A DNA stretch of 50,737 nt from Octopus bimaculoides (taxonomy: Eukaryota), in assembly GCF_001194135.2 (NCBI RefSeq), contig NC_068981.1, positions 102,581,482 to 102,632,218 of the forward strand. The letters run 5' to 3'. The notes beneath the pieces were generated by a model, which did not search any database, was not told the DNA's origin, and saw only the letters and a program-made list of their open reading frames with translations. Within the stretch, counting starts at the first letter, position 1, and each line of letters begins with the position of its first letter. This document shows positions 1-9,352 of this stretch, one piece after another. The translations under genes were made by a program, and so were the position numbers.

Positions 1-360
1 AAAATTCAGTCCGTCGCTGCGGCGGCACACCCACCAACACCGGCGTACGAGAAACACAATTTTTGCTCACTAAATGAGTAACAACTTAAAGCCGCCGAAA
101 CAAACGGAACTGCCCCAGAGCTATACGAAATTTACTGAAAAAAATTGAGACACAATAAATTACACACAGCTCAAAAACCAATTCCACCTACCTCGGTCGA
201 CTTTACAAATTTTCAATCTCTGGACGGCGTTAACACACGTCCACAATGTTCAATAGCAAGAAAGACTAACTCTCCAATACCGGAAGCAAGCTTCTTACTA
301 CACTGCCACACCTGTGACTGTATTAACTTTTAGCGTAAAAATATTTTGAATTGAACTCTG
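1..360 (-). promoter_or_regulatory. CpG-enriched unique segment, possible promoter/5' UTR of a gene running leftward out of the window
   Basis: CpG-dense relative to the window, not recognisable as a repeat, ETS-like CCGGAAG at 280-286; no convincing ORF. Confidence 0.2.
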
Positions 361-810
361 AAATCTTTTATCGTTGACCCACAAAACAGATAACGGGAAT
401 TTTTTTTTACTTAAAGAAGATACATCATTGCCAAGCTGAGTTAATGCGACACCTCAAAATTTCATAATCTATTCTTTCTCACTATAGTTTATCTGACACT
501 CACGAACACAGATACACACACAAACACGCATGCGTATTAATGAAAAGGAAAAATTTTCACTTGATTCAGTCAAGATGTTTCTAATACGACATTTTAACAA
601 TGAACTTTATGAACTCTGTTGACACATATATATTATCTTGTATTTAGTTTTGTCAAACACTTTCCCAATATTATTTCGAACAAACTTCTTCGAATGAACA
701 ATTCTATCTACCAAATCAAGTTTATTTGCCATTTTGAAATTTTTTCTTTAAATCAAATTTATCCTTTAATAATCTTTAGTAATTTGTTATATAAATATAT
801 ATAATGCCAA

Positions 811-926
811 CGGAGGTGCCCCAGCATGATCGCAGCTTTAAAGCTGAAACAATTTAAAGAATTAAAGAATGGTTTCAAATTTTGGCTCAAGGCCAGCAAT
901 TTCAGGGAATGTGGGTAAGTCGATTA
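811..926. mobile_element. SINE family B 3' tail (+, 811-870) abutting a family A fragment (-, 871-926) that is cut by the Tigger insertion
   Basis: ccagcatgatcgcag..ctgaaacaatttaaagaattaaagaat resembles the tails of full B copies (22561, 34026); ggtttcaaattttggctcaaggccagcaatttc..gtcgatta matches the A copy at 7915. Confidence 0.7.
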
Positions 927-1660
927 CAGTAATCCCTCGACTATCGCAGGTGTTACGTTCCAAAACCCCCGCGATAGGTGAAAATCCGCGAAGTAGAAAC
1001 AGCACTGTACTGTATATTTTTTAAAATTATTTTTATAACTTGTTTATATTCATTTTATTATTTTTATATATTTAAGCTTTTATAAACTCCCCCCACACTC
1101 TTAGGAGTACCCGTGTCTTCTCTTTTTTTTTTGCGGGTGAGAAACATAGTGATGGACAACTGCTGGCGCTGCCTTTTCTTCTATGTAAGGAGGTTTTTAT
1201 AAATTTCCTCGACTTCGTCGATTGCATTTCTAAACTGCAACGCACGAATCATCTGGGGGTCCAATCTTCCGCCATTCTCTGAAGTTCTTTTGCTGTTCTT
1301 GCTGGGTTGAGAGACGTTCTAGTGATAGGTTTGACTTCTTCTTTCCCTGGATCCTCTTGTTCTTCCTCAGTTGCTGACTTCGTTATCTCTGTCTGATCTT
1401 CATCCGTTAACGAATCTGAGTGGGCCTCAATCAGGTTATGAACGCCCTCGGTAGTCATATAGGTGAAGCCATCTCCCTTAGCAATTTTGCCAGCTTCACT
1501 GTCTTATCTACTTCAGAGTGGTGGATTTCGCCAGGAGAGAATCCTTTATAGTTGTGGACCACTTCTGGCCCTAATTTCTTCCAGGTGGCATTCAAAGTTT
1601 CTTTCTTCATCTCCTTTATAGCCTTCTGAATATTTTGGATACACGTTGCAATGGTGTATT
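927..1660 (-). mobile_element. pogo/Tigger DNA transposon remnant: one TIR plus degenerate transposase C-terminus
   Basis: TA|CAGTAATCCCTCG terminus at 927. Minus-strand translation across frameshifts gives YTIATCIQNIQKAIKEMKKETLNATWKKL..GDGF..MTTEGVHNLIEAHSDSLTDED..AKELQRMAEDW-DPQMIRALQF..KRQRQQLSITMF, typical of TIGD1-like pogo transposases. Confidence 0.85.
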
Positions 1661-1664
1661 AGGA

Positions 1665-2460
1665 TAACTTTTTTGATTTGGTTGAATCTTGGTTGTTTTT
1701 TTTTTGGTCAGTTATTTTTAGCTTTTGACAGAAAAAAGTCATTCCAAAATTGTTTTTTAACGTAAGCGTGCCCAAACAACTCGAATGCTTACACAGAGCA
1801 GGTTTTACAGCCACATCATCCAAACCGACAGGGTGAAACCGAGCTTAGCTTCTAGTTGTGTTTATAAAATTTGCTTTGCTTTACTCTTTTTCCTGCTGCA
1901 GAAAGATATGTTTGTGTTCATAGTCACAAAAATCATTTAAATCGATTTTATATTTTCGGATTTTATCTAATTTATCTTTTCTTCTCCAATTTATTTTTTT
2001 CCAAAGGAGTCTGATTTGTATAATAATCTATGAAGTTGGATTCTAAAATAACTCATCAATTTTAGGTGTATTACTAACGAAATCTGAATGATCTTTTTTA
2101 AAGTAATGTATTCTTCATTTGATATTATTGCCTCCATTTTATCAATTATGCACTCTTTTAAATTTTGTCATAGCAGTGATTTAAGCCTTTAATTTCTTCA
2201 TCAAATTCTATGCATTTGAAAACATCACTTTGTGTTAATTATTAATTTTATTTTCAGGCTAACCAAAGTTAGTTTTGAATTGTATAAAATATCAATTGAA
2301 CCTTTGATGATTTTTATCTGCTTTTGTGAAACTCAATTGTCGTTCTCGTGGAATATTTGCTAATAATACAAGTTAATCCAAGTTGTCGATCGTAAATACC
2401 AGGTCTCTTATAAAAGACTTTATTTTCCGATTTTTTTTCCATGCTAGAAAACTTTGTAAA
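1665..2460 (-). pseudogene. degenerate hAT transposase, KIAA1586-like C-terminal half (copy 1)
   Basis: KYKIDLNDFCDY (1955-1920) and LEAKLGFTL (1855-1829) resemble the recalled KIAA1586 segments KYEVDLNDFRDF and AEAERGFNL (hAT dimerisation region); many stops and frameshifts; DNA homology to 5790-6100. Confidence 0.7.
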
Positions 2461-2759
2461 GGCTTTTTAACGATGTGCGAGTGTAGAAAGTTATAAAAAT
2501 ACTTTTAGTAAGAGAATATAAAGCATTGATGCAATATAGTAGGCGTGGGCCTCGTGGATTACGCGAGGTACAGATGCAACCTTTAGTTTCGGTGACTGTA
2601 GTCTTGCGGACAGAAAGGCTGGAGAAACGTTTGTCCGTTGATAACAGTCGACAACTCGTTCCAGGAATTAGTTAGTAGCGTTACACTTACAGTTAAGTTC
2701 CTTTGCAGTTTGACGTTAGAGCATCCTTAGAAAAATGATTTGTCACTTGTTTACTCAGT

Positions 2760-2965
2760 CTTTTACTCTTTTACTTGTTTCAGTCATTTGACTGCGGCCA
2801 TACTGGAGTACCGTCTTTAGTCGAGCAAATCAACCCCGGGACTTATTCTTTGTAAGCCTAGTACTTATTCTATCGGTCTCTTTTTCCGAACCGTTAAGTG
2901 ACGGTGACATAAACACACCAGCATCGGCTGTCAAGCGAAGTTGGGGGACAAACACAGACACACAA

Positions 2966-3000
<35 letters not shown>

Positions 3001-3213
3001 CATACATATATACGACGGGCTTCTTTCAGTTTCCGTCTANNNNNNNNNNTATACATACATATATACGACGGGCTTCTTTCAGTTTCCGTCTACCAAATCC
3101 ACTCACAAGGCTTTGGTCGGTCTGAGGCTATAGTAGAAGACACTTGCCCAAAATGCCATGCAGTGAGACTGAACCCGGAACCATGTAGTTGGTAAGTAAG
3201 CTACTTACCACAC
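2760..3213 (-). mobile_element. tRNA-head SINE family B, near full length, with internal CA/TA microsatellite
   Basis: Reverse complement of the copies at 22561 and 34026 (gtggtaagtagctt..ccttgtgagtggatttggtagacggaaactgaaagaagcccgtcg..tgactgaaacaagtaaaag). Confidence 0.9.
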
Positions 3214-3249
3214 GAGTCAATTGTAATGTACATGGTGGTGGTGGAGAAA

Positions 3250-3680
3250 ATGCCTGTCAACTAATTTAAGGAAGATTTTATTTAACTGGACTTAATATTT
3301 AAGAGAAAAGAGCTATAGACCAAATAACTTTAGTATGCTGCTATGTTACTTTCTATTTGAAAGGGTCGGGCTGCGTAATCTTCTCTTTGAACCCATTTCC
3401 TTCTAGGGATTTGTAGAAAAGCGTTGCTGTGCCAAAGCTTACAAGAGGATAGACTTGAAATTCTTTCACACTCTTTTCTAGGTTCTTACACAGTAATGGT
3501 AGCACTCAGTGTTAATGTAGGCCAGTCTCTCATTGGGTTTACTGAAAGCTTTGTATGAAAAGTCTCTAAATCTAGCGTAACGTCTAAGAAGTTGATGGGT
3601 TGAGTTTGTTTCCATTGCGAAGCTAAATCCAAAAGATTTAAAGCTTGGATGATGATTTTCCTCTGCTTATTCAGGTGTAT
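3250..3680 (-). mobile_element. Penelope-like element, RT C-terminal remnant
   Basis: Minus strand across frameshifts: KQRKIIIQA..GFSFAMETNS..NFLDVTLDLET..KPNERLAYINT..RISSLSSC..NGFKEKIT..KIFLKLVDRHF, typical of the Penelope RT thumb and linker. Confidence 0.75.
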
Positions 3681-3683
3681 TCA

Positions 3684-3932
3684 TTGTATCCTTGAGCAAG
3701 ACACTTTATTTTCACGTTGCTCCAGTCCACTCAGCTGGCAAAACTGAGTAGTACCTGTATTTCAAAAGAGCTAGCCTTGTCACATTGTGTGTCACGCTGA
3801 ATCTCCCTGAGAACTATATTAAGCGTACACGTGTCTGTGGAAGGCTCAGCCACTTGCACGTTAATTTCACGAACAAGCCGTTCCGTTGATCGTATCAGCT
3901 GAGACCTTCGTCGTCGTAACCGACGGAGTGCT
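3684..3932 (+). mobile_element. chimeric SINE: family D core joined to family C tail
   Basis: cttgagcaagacactttattttcacgttgctccagtccactcagctggcaaaa is shared with the D copy at 48071; gtacctgtatttcaaa..gtcacgctgaatctcc..gtcgtaaccgacggagtgc is shared with the C copies at 8978 and 37875. Confidence 0.85.
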
Positions 3933-3959
3933 CCTTTAAACCATATTTATTTAAACGGT

Positions 3960-4620
3960 ATATCATCCTTAAATACAATGCTGGTTATATAACATCACAA
4001 CGGAACACTTCTTTGTCTAAAATGCAAGCAAAACCAAATTCTTTGATATGTATTTTCGAAATCAGTTATATCTTGTGACATCTTGTCCTTTCTTTCTAAA
4101 TAAGTCGGCGGCACTTCCATGAAAAATTTCTTCCATGGAAAATTTCTTCTGAAATTCGCTGAAACCACCAAGCTACTTTAGATAGATGGCAGTTGAAGGA
4201 GCATGTACACCTGTAGTCTCCAAGATGAAAGGTTAGTTAATTCTAAGTATTTCCTGCTCTCCGTCAAGTGTATTCCGCCCCACCCGAAGTTGAAGAGATT
4301 TTTAAATGAGTGCGGTACAATGGGAGATTCCGTACCATTACATCCAAAAACAGTTTCCATATTGCTCTGGGAAAGTTAGTTTCCCCTGCAAGTTCCTCAT
4401 CAGTTCTACGCTCAAGCCTGAAAGTTTTAGAATTGATGGGATATAAATGCAAGCCATTGGTTGAATGCGCCGATTTGCATTAATGTTCCAACAATTTTAG
4501 AACATTCAGACTTGAGTAGAAGTGATGACAAAGCGCTCAGACTGAGTAACTTCTTTCCCATGATAATACGGAAAGTGTCTTTTGTTGTGAACTCTTTCAG
4601 CATGTATCACTTTTTCTTTT
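3960..4620 (-). mobile_element. highly decayed Penelope-like RT N-terminal remnant
   Basis: Ordered fragments KSE..SKI, NQW, (F)YPSI, LFLDVM and GGAE resemble Penelope PAKSEIGKIS, NQW, FYPSI, LFDVTMG and DGAE; frames are broken. Confidence 0.45.
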
Positions 4621-4815
4621 ATATACAAGCTTTGAAATTTATAACATGGAATGAAAACTGACCGTCAAGTAGTGGTAAGCGATAATAGAAGTTAAGTTAC
4701 ATTTATACTTTTATGGTGGATATTAGCAGTGTATATGAAACCAGACAGCTCTAATCAATAGACCATGTTTTAGGTTCCTGGCTATAGTTATTAGATAAAA
4801 TTAAAAAGCTCCAAT

Positions 4816-4966
4816 CAGTAGTGACGTAGCTGGAATGTGTGTTGCTCTGGGTAGCCCTTGCGTTTGTTGCCCCTCGCTTCTATAAAGGCATATACAACAA
4901 ACTCAAAAGTGCCTCCCCTCATAAAAGCATCGCCCAGGGCGGACTGCACCCGTTCTTACGCTACTG
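4816..4966. mobile_element. possible hAT-type MITE (~150 bp)
   Basis: Imperfect terminal inverted repeats cagtagtgacgtag / cttacgctactg with a GC-richer interior; no TSD found. Confidence 0.35.
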
Positions 4967-5189
4967 ATAATTGACAATAGCTCGGAATATTAAAGATATT
5001 AAATATTTATCCCTGAAGCATCTTTTCGACACTATGAAAAGAAGTGATACTAGTATTTGACTGGTATTTAACTTCTCAATTCACAGAATGCTGAAAGATT
5101 AAATCGATCTCTGTATGAATTAAACTCAGAAAGCTGAGTTCAGCTAGACGTTTCTTTATTGAAACATTGCAATTCTTTCATTTATTTCA

Positions 5190-6500
5190 TTGCTGAAAAC
5201 CTGTTATAACTTACTTTCTAAGATATAATTACTTTTCTATAATACAGAACTTATTGCTGTTATAATCGTAATTTGCTTTGTCTGCAGCTGCAGCATCTTT
5301 CAGTTGAATTCTGTTTATTACAGTGATGAAAATCCTATCCTTTAAACCTATTTCATATGTTGGAAATTTATTTAATTAATGCAACTCTTCTCTTCCAGCT
5401 TTCTGAAGGAATTTACTCTGACTTTTATGATATTTCATTAAATAAGGCCTAAAAATTTACAATGATTTCATGTGCAGTATTGTAGAACTTACATAAATCA
5501 TTTTAGACGTAACATAATCTTCATTTAATAATATTAATTACTTACACGAGCGTAAGGTCACAAATTTGTTTGAAACAGTTAGTCGATTAAATCGACTACA
5601 GTATTTGAATAGCGCTTTATTTTATCAACAGCGGGAGGATGAAAGTCAAAGTTGACCCCCGATAGGATTTGAACTCAGAACACAGAAGTAACAAAATTCC
5701 GCAGTGTATTATATCCAATGCACTGCTGATACTACCCATACTATTATTCCACGGCCTCTCTTCATTTAATAATACTGCCTTCATTTAATCAATAATAGAC
5801 TCTATTAAATGTTCTCGTAGCAGTGATTTAAGCTTCTCATTTTCTTCTATGCATTTGAACGCATCTCTTTGTGCCAGTTCATTAATTTTATTTTCATGTA
5901 AACTAAAACTATTTTATTAATTATATAAATAAATCAATTTTATATTTGATGAGTTTATTTGCCTTTATGGAAGTCAATTGCCTTTCTTTCTTCAAGTACG
6001 TTTGATTATAATGCAAGTTCATCCAAAATTTCGATCATAAATTTCAAGTCTATTATAAATGCTTTGTTTTCCAACCATTTTCTCCCGCCTGAAAACTCTT
6101 ATCGTCGATGAAAAACGTATAAGGAGCTGGATAAGTCTTCCATATTGCTTTATCAGGTGTTCTACTTCAGGAAAACTGTCTTGACCCCAAAATACTATCT
6201 GTTCTGAATTCTGACTATTTCAATGTCTAGTTCTGTTTGAATAGTTGTATGACATTTTTCATGTTTAAAAAATCAAACTTTTAAAACGTAACATAAAACC
6301 TGGCCCCCAGTTCTCGAAGTGACCTATTTTATTGATTTCATCTATGGCATCATATAAAACTAGTAATCAATGGCTCAACCAATGCTAAATTAAACCGTCT
6401 GGAAATTGTTGAATTAGTCTCCTCACAACTCCAGATTTCGTTCAAACATAGTACTCGCTCTGCCAGTGCACAATACAGTAAAATTTATCGTTAACTATTG
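5190..6500 (-). pseudogene. degenerate hAT transposase, KIAA1586-like (copy 2), interrupted by a SINE
   Basis: CTGRASTMFER/KSGVVR (cf. recalled CSDGANTILGRKSGVA), KAIWKTYPAP, AFIIDLKFMIEILDEL (cf. FLQDLALMIDILEEF) and ENKINELAQRDAFKCI, in the expected order. Confidence 0.75.
5534..5758 (-). mobile_element. decayed SINE family A with a 16-bp target-site duplication
   Basis: ggatgaaagtcaaagttgacc..atttgaactcagaac core; tcttcatttaataata at 5518-5533 and 5759-5774. Confidence 0.7.
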
Positions 6501-6788
6501 TGTCAAATCTGCATCGTTTTACGTTGGTCGTAATATATAACTACTTCCTGCTTCTTTTGCTCTTCATTCTACCACATCAAGAAACGCCGCTTGTTTAACA
6601 ACGAACAATCACCTAATAATTCACATGTTTGAAAAATTATAAGCATAGAATTGCTTGAAATGAATGTTGCTTTATATATATATATATATATATATATATT
6701 TGACAGGAAGGACAACAAAAGAAAGAAAGAGACCTCGATATTATGCAAATAGAGGAATTTATCTGTAAAAATATGACACTTATTCAGT

Positions 6789-6860
6789 AGCCATGATAAA
6801 ACTCCGAGTTTCGGATGCCAGGATGGGAGCCCACGCTAACATCTCTTCAGTTGTCCGGCC
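6789..6860 (-). ncRNA. degenerate type I hammerhead ribozyme motif, Penelope-terminal type
   Basis: Minus strand: ggccggacaa-CTGAAGA-gatgt..gcatcc-GAAAC-tcgga-GTT-ttatcatggc; stem II has one bulge, stem III region is palindromic (aaactc-g-gagttt), stem I is imperfect. Confidence 0.55.
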
Positions 6861-7914
6861 AATTGAAAATTCCTGTGAAAAATGACCGTTAATATATATA
6901 TATTTAGAAGGTTGATTGCTATGGCCTGTCAGAGAGTGACCATTGGTTTCATACATATAAAACACTTAATATTTCTCGTTTAGCTCGGTGATATCTTCTA
7001 CAGCGAGAACTTCAGAAATCTCAAATGAAAAACGATCCCTGAATTTATTCCATTCTTTAACGTCGTCTCTAAAAATCTTAATGGTTGTTTTTCTTTTTAC
7101 TAAACTGTAATGTTAGAAATAATGCTACGTAGTTCGAAATATATTTTATTAATGTTATCAAAAGCTGTAATTAGAGTTTAGCTGAAAAGAAAAAAAAAAC
7201 AAACAAGAAGCTCAGTTTAGCTTATATACAATATTTGTATGATAATTTGATACAAAATAGTCACCTATTTACTTACTTATTTTTTCATTTATTTATTCTA
7301 TTTTGTTATATTTTGTTTCCAGAGAAGTTTTCTGAAATTTCTTTTCCGAGTTCACACGTAGCAATTTTGTAATTTTGCAATTCAGAAGAAATACCAATTT
7401 TTTTTTCTTATTATATAGATTCCCTGTTGTGTTTTATTCACACAATGAGAGCTGCTAATTTTTGGTTTTTAACAACAAATTCATTATATTTTGAAAGAAA
7501 TTATTGTGCTTGCTCAGAATTTCAATAACCGAGTGATATATTCACAATTTTAAAATAAAAAACACCCTTGTCCGTTGCTACTGAAGAAATATTTTCGGCA
7601 TTTGTAGCATTAGAACCAATGGCTACAGATTGCTTCACTTTATTGTATAAGTAATAAGCAACAACAAGTGTAAGTAATTTTATTACACTTCCTTCTGAGA
7701 GCCCAATTTGTAATAATTACTCTACTGGTCTTGAGGTATGTTCGACTGTTACGCTCTTTTAACAATCTCAGCCATGGAACGAAGTCAAAGACAATCGAAA
7801 TTGTAAACATAAAATGACAATGTTAATAAGATTTATTAATTTATGCATCGAAATAGAAATAAGAAAATTTATAAAACGTGAAAATTCTCCGGATTTCCCT
7901 ATCAATATAAAATT

Positions 7915-8127
7915 GGTTTCAAATTTTGGCGCAAGGTCAGAAAGTTCGGCAGATGGAGGTAAATCGATTACATCGACCCCAGTGCTCAACTGGTACTTAT
8001 TTTATCGATCATGGAAGGATGAAAGGCAAAGTCGACCCCGGTGGAATTTGAACTCAGAACATAAAGAGGGACGAAATGCCGCTAAGCATTTTACCCGGCG
8101 TGCTAATGACTCTACCAGCTCGTTGCG
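7915..8127 (-). mobile_element. SINE family A, full length
   Basis: Reverse complement of gagctggtagagtcattagcacgccgg..gagttcaaattcc..gcctttcatcctt..gataaaataagtaccag..aaatttgaaacc. Confidence 0.9.
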
Positions 8128-8161
8128 TTGCTTAGCAATATGATACTAAAAATATGCTATA

Positions 8162-8380
8162 AGGCGGTTGGCTGGTAGAATCGTTACCGTGCCGGGCAAA
8201 ATGCTTAGCGGCATTTCGTCCCTCTTTACGTTATAAGTTCAAATTCCACCAAGGCTGTCTTGGCCTTTCATCCTTTCGAGGATCGATAAAATAAGTATCA
8301 GTTGATCACTTGAGTCGACTCAATCGACTTACCTCGTCCCCCGAAATTGCTAGCTTTGTGCCAAAATTTGAAACCAATAT
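8162..8380 (+). mobile_element. SINE family A, full length, head-to-head with 7915-8127
   Basis: aggcggttggctggtagaatcgttacc..gttcaaattcc..gcctttcatcctttcgaggatcgataaaataagt..gtgccaaaatttgaaacc. Confidence 0.9.
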
Positions 8381-8399
8381 TAAAATAATGTTAACCTCC

Positions 8400-8900
8400 G
8401 GAATCCTACGAAACAGGTAATGGTCTGTGTTGGCAAAATTGGTCAAAGTTCGAAAGGTGAGTTTAGATTATTTGACGTGAGGAATGTGGAAAACAGCATT
8501 TCATCGTTCTGGTTTTTGTCTGCAAGAGAGGAAACGAAGGAAAGGACTAGCGTAAGAGTGTTCATTTGGTGGGGAAAAGGATGGTAAGAAAAGCGATATG
8601 AGAAAGTGAGAAGCAAAGGTGAGACAAAATATGAAAATGGTCAAATGAAAACTCAGGACAGGAGCGAGTTAAATATACATCATCCGTCTGAACCGTTTAG
8701 AAGAGATGAAAATAAAGTCAACCGGTTAGAAGCACTGTGGGAAAGAGAGGGAACTAAGGTGATAGGTTATATATAAATAGTAGAGAGGGGACAAGAAGAT
8801 AGAAAGTATAATATATCAAACAACCACTTGGATAAACTTACGATGACAAGTTATAGCACTGTAGTGTAGGGAGAAGAGTGATAGAATATGGGAAGAATCA
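8400..8900 (-). mobile_element. possible very old CR1/L2-type LINE 3' fragment
   Basis: Strong purine skew on the + strand; minus-strand fragments (EHSYAS.FL..R[W]NAVF..NNLNS) loosely resemble LINE C-termini. Confidence 0.25.
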
Positions 8901-8977
8901 AAACGACAGGTGATGAAGGAATATATGTGAGCACACAATTACACCACTACATAATTATATGCAAACATATAAACTGG

Positions 8978-9342
8978 GGCTCCGTCACTTACGATGACAA
9001 GGATTCTAGTCAATTCGATCAACGGAGCAGCCTGCTCGTGAAATTAACGTGCAAATTGCTGAGCAATCCACAGACACGTGTACCCTTAACGTAGTTCTCG
9101 GGGAGATTCAGCGTGACACAGTGTGACAAGGTTGACCCTTTGAATTACAAGCACAACAGAAAGTAAGAGAAAGTTGTGGTGAAAGAATACAGCAGGGTTC
9201 GCCACCATCCCCTGCCGGAGCCTCGTGGAGCTTTTAGGTGTTTTCGCTCAATAAATACTCACAACGCCCGGTCTGGGAATCGAAACCGCAATCCTATGAC
9301 CGCGAGTCCGCTGCTCTAACCACTGGGCCATTGCGCCTCCAC
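8978..9342 (-). mobile_element. tRNA-head SINE family C, full length
   Basis: Head gtggaggcgcaatggcccagtggttagagcagcggactcgcgg..gtttcgattccc carries A- and B-box-like motifs; matches the + copy at 37875. Confidence 0.9.
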
Positions 9343-9352
9343 TCACACACTA

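Noticed and set aside
4379-4403. CTGATGA...GAAAC on the minus strand, hammerhead-like
   Set aside because: No stem II pairing (G rather than C before GAAA); lies inside a Penelope RT remnant
7740-7870. RSFNNL and LCIE fragments suggesting a third hAT dimerisation domain
   Set aside because: Only two short motifs in different frames; not enough support
9270-9342. tRNA gene-like segments (also at 37875, 48260-48327 and the A and B heads)
   Set aside because: They continue into SINE bodies and lack a closed acceptor stem; these are tRNA-derived SINE heads
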